Origin: Botryllus schlosseri
Taxonomy: Eukaryota
Length of the DNA stretch: 64,000 nt
Assembly (NCBI GenBank): GCA_051294905.1
Contig: CM119372.1
Span: forward strand, 11,408,001 to 11,472,000
Direction of reading: 5' to 3'
A program made the position numbers and the translations under genes. Position 1 is the stretch's first letter. The number at the start of each line of letters is the position of its first letter. The notes beneath the pieces were generated by a model, which saw only the letters and a list, made by a program, of their open reading frames with translations, was not told where the DNA came from and ran no database searches. This document shows, piece by piece, positions 62,997 through 64,000 of the stretch.

Positions 62997-64000
62997 GTGA
63001 GTTGGATATTTTGGAATTGGGGATGAGGAGGTTTTTCTTGTGACAGGGAGGGCATGTGTGTGACATGTTGAGTAGGGCTGGGCACAATGATTCTAGTCTG
63101 AATCGAGTATAAATTCTAACGAGTCGAGTAGTGACAGATGACTTTATCGAGTACTGAAATTATACGCTCCTTCCCACTAAAACTTAATTAATCAGCAAGA
63201 ATTATAGCTTCAATGCCATTTCCACTGCGGAACACCTAATTGATCGCATCCTAGAATACGAAGCATGTAGTACAAAGCTACGAACATTGGTATAAATGAG
63301 ATATCTGTGAAGTAGTGTACAACCCACAGCATCGTTATTAAGAGTCAATGAAACAGGTACGCTCGAGAAAATGCCAAGTTATCTTTAATCTGATGTAGAA
63401 CTGGCGTTATATTCCTTGTGGTCGCATATGAGGTACAAGTCTGAACTTTCGCATCTTTTATATTGTCATGGCGTCATCATGAGTGGTGCTCGAATACACG
63501 ACTCGAAGCCTTATGCTCGATTCAGAATTCAATCACTCAGGTACTCGATTTACCTAAGAGCTCAGCTGAAATGAACCTGATTATAAGCTTAACTGGAAAA
63601 CTGGAAAGTAGTAAGTGGCGGTCTAAGCAGCGAGATTGCAAAAAATTAGCATTTTGATCTCGTAACGAATATCACTTGTGACCAACTTGCAACGAACGAC
63701 ATCATAATGCCCGAGTAGAAAATCGGCCGGGTATTCCCTTCATCTCCTCATTTCGACGAAAGTAAGTGCCATGTAATTTCATTACATCACGCCTGGTCTT
63801 GCAATCGACCAACTGCGTCGTGTGGCTGATGATGCAATTTGAGGCGGTGACATCATTTACTGCTCAGTATTACTAGCGACGTATTTCGCTCAGATGGACA
63901 TGCCGCACATATTCGCGAACAGCGTCGACACGTTCATGAAATTGCGATACATCGAAAAGTTTGCGAGATGCAAGGTCTGCGGCTTCGCGACGCCCGTCGA

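Overview
AT-rich animal (invertebrate) genomic DNA with many 55-110 nt GT-AG introns and dense DNA-transposon/MITE litter. An ascidian/tunicate-like source is an inference, not shown directly. The ORF track misses most real genes because the exons are small. Hand-splicing recovers the following. (1) The 5' part of a CDV3 homolog (minus, runs off the left edge). (2) A tandem cluster of three paralogous small ER-lumenal proteins (9.3-17.8 kb, plus). They share an identical 25/153/73-nt internal exon architecture, a signal peptide, a Cys-free ~83-aa helical core I cannot assign to a family, and C-terminal KDEL, KAEL and KQEL. (3) An intact Buster-type hAT transposon with TIRs and a perfect TSD. 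(4) A four-exon secreted peptide precursor with convertase sites and two 3-Cys segments (minus, 23.7-25.3 kb). (5) A second signal-peptide ORF at 32.7-32.9 kb. (6) tRNA-Met(CAT) and tRNA-Lys(TTT). (7) The STRAD pseudokinase (minus). (8) A large multi-exon C2H2-finger/low-complexity gene (plus, 54-63 kb). The repeats include several hAT MITE families, Mutator/foldback-like elements with telomere-like G-rich cores, long palindromes and LINE 3' ends. The best candidates for something undescribed are the KDEL/KAEL/KQEL cluster and the two-chain-like peptide precursor. All gene models come from reading splice sites by eye and need RNA support.
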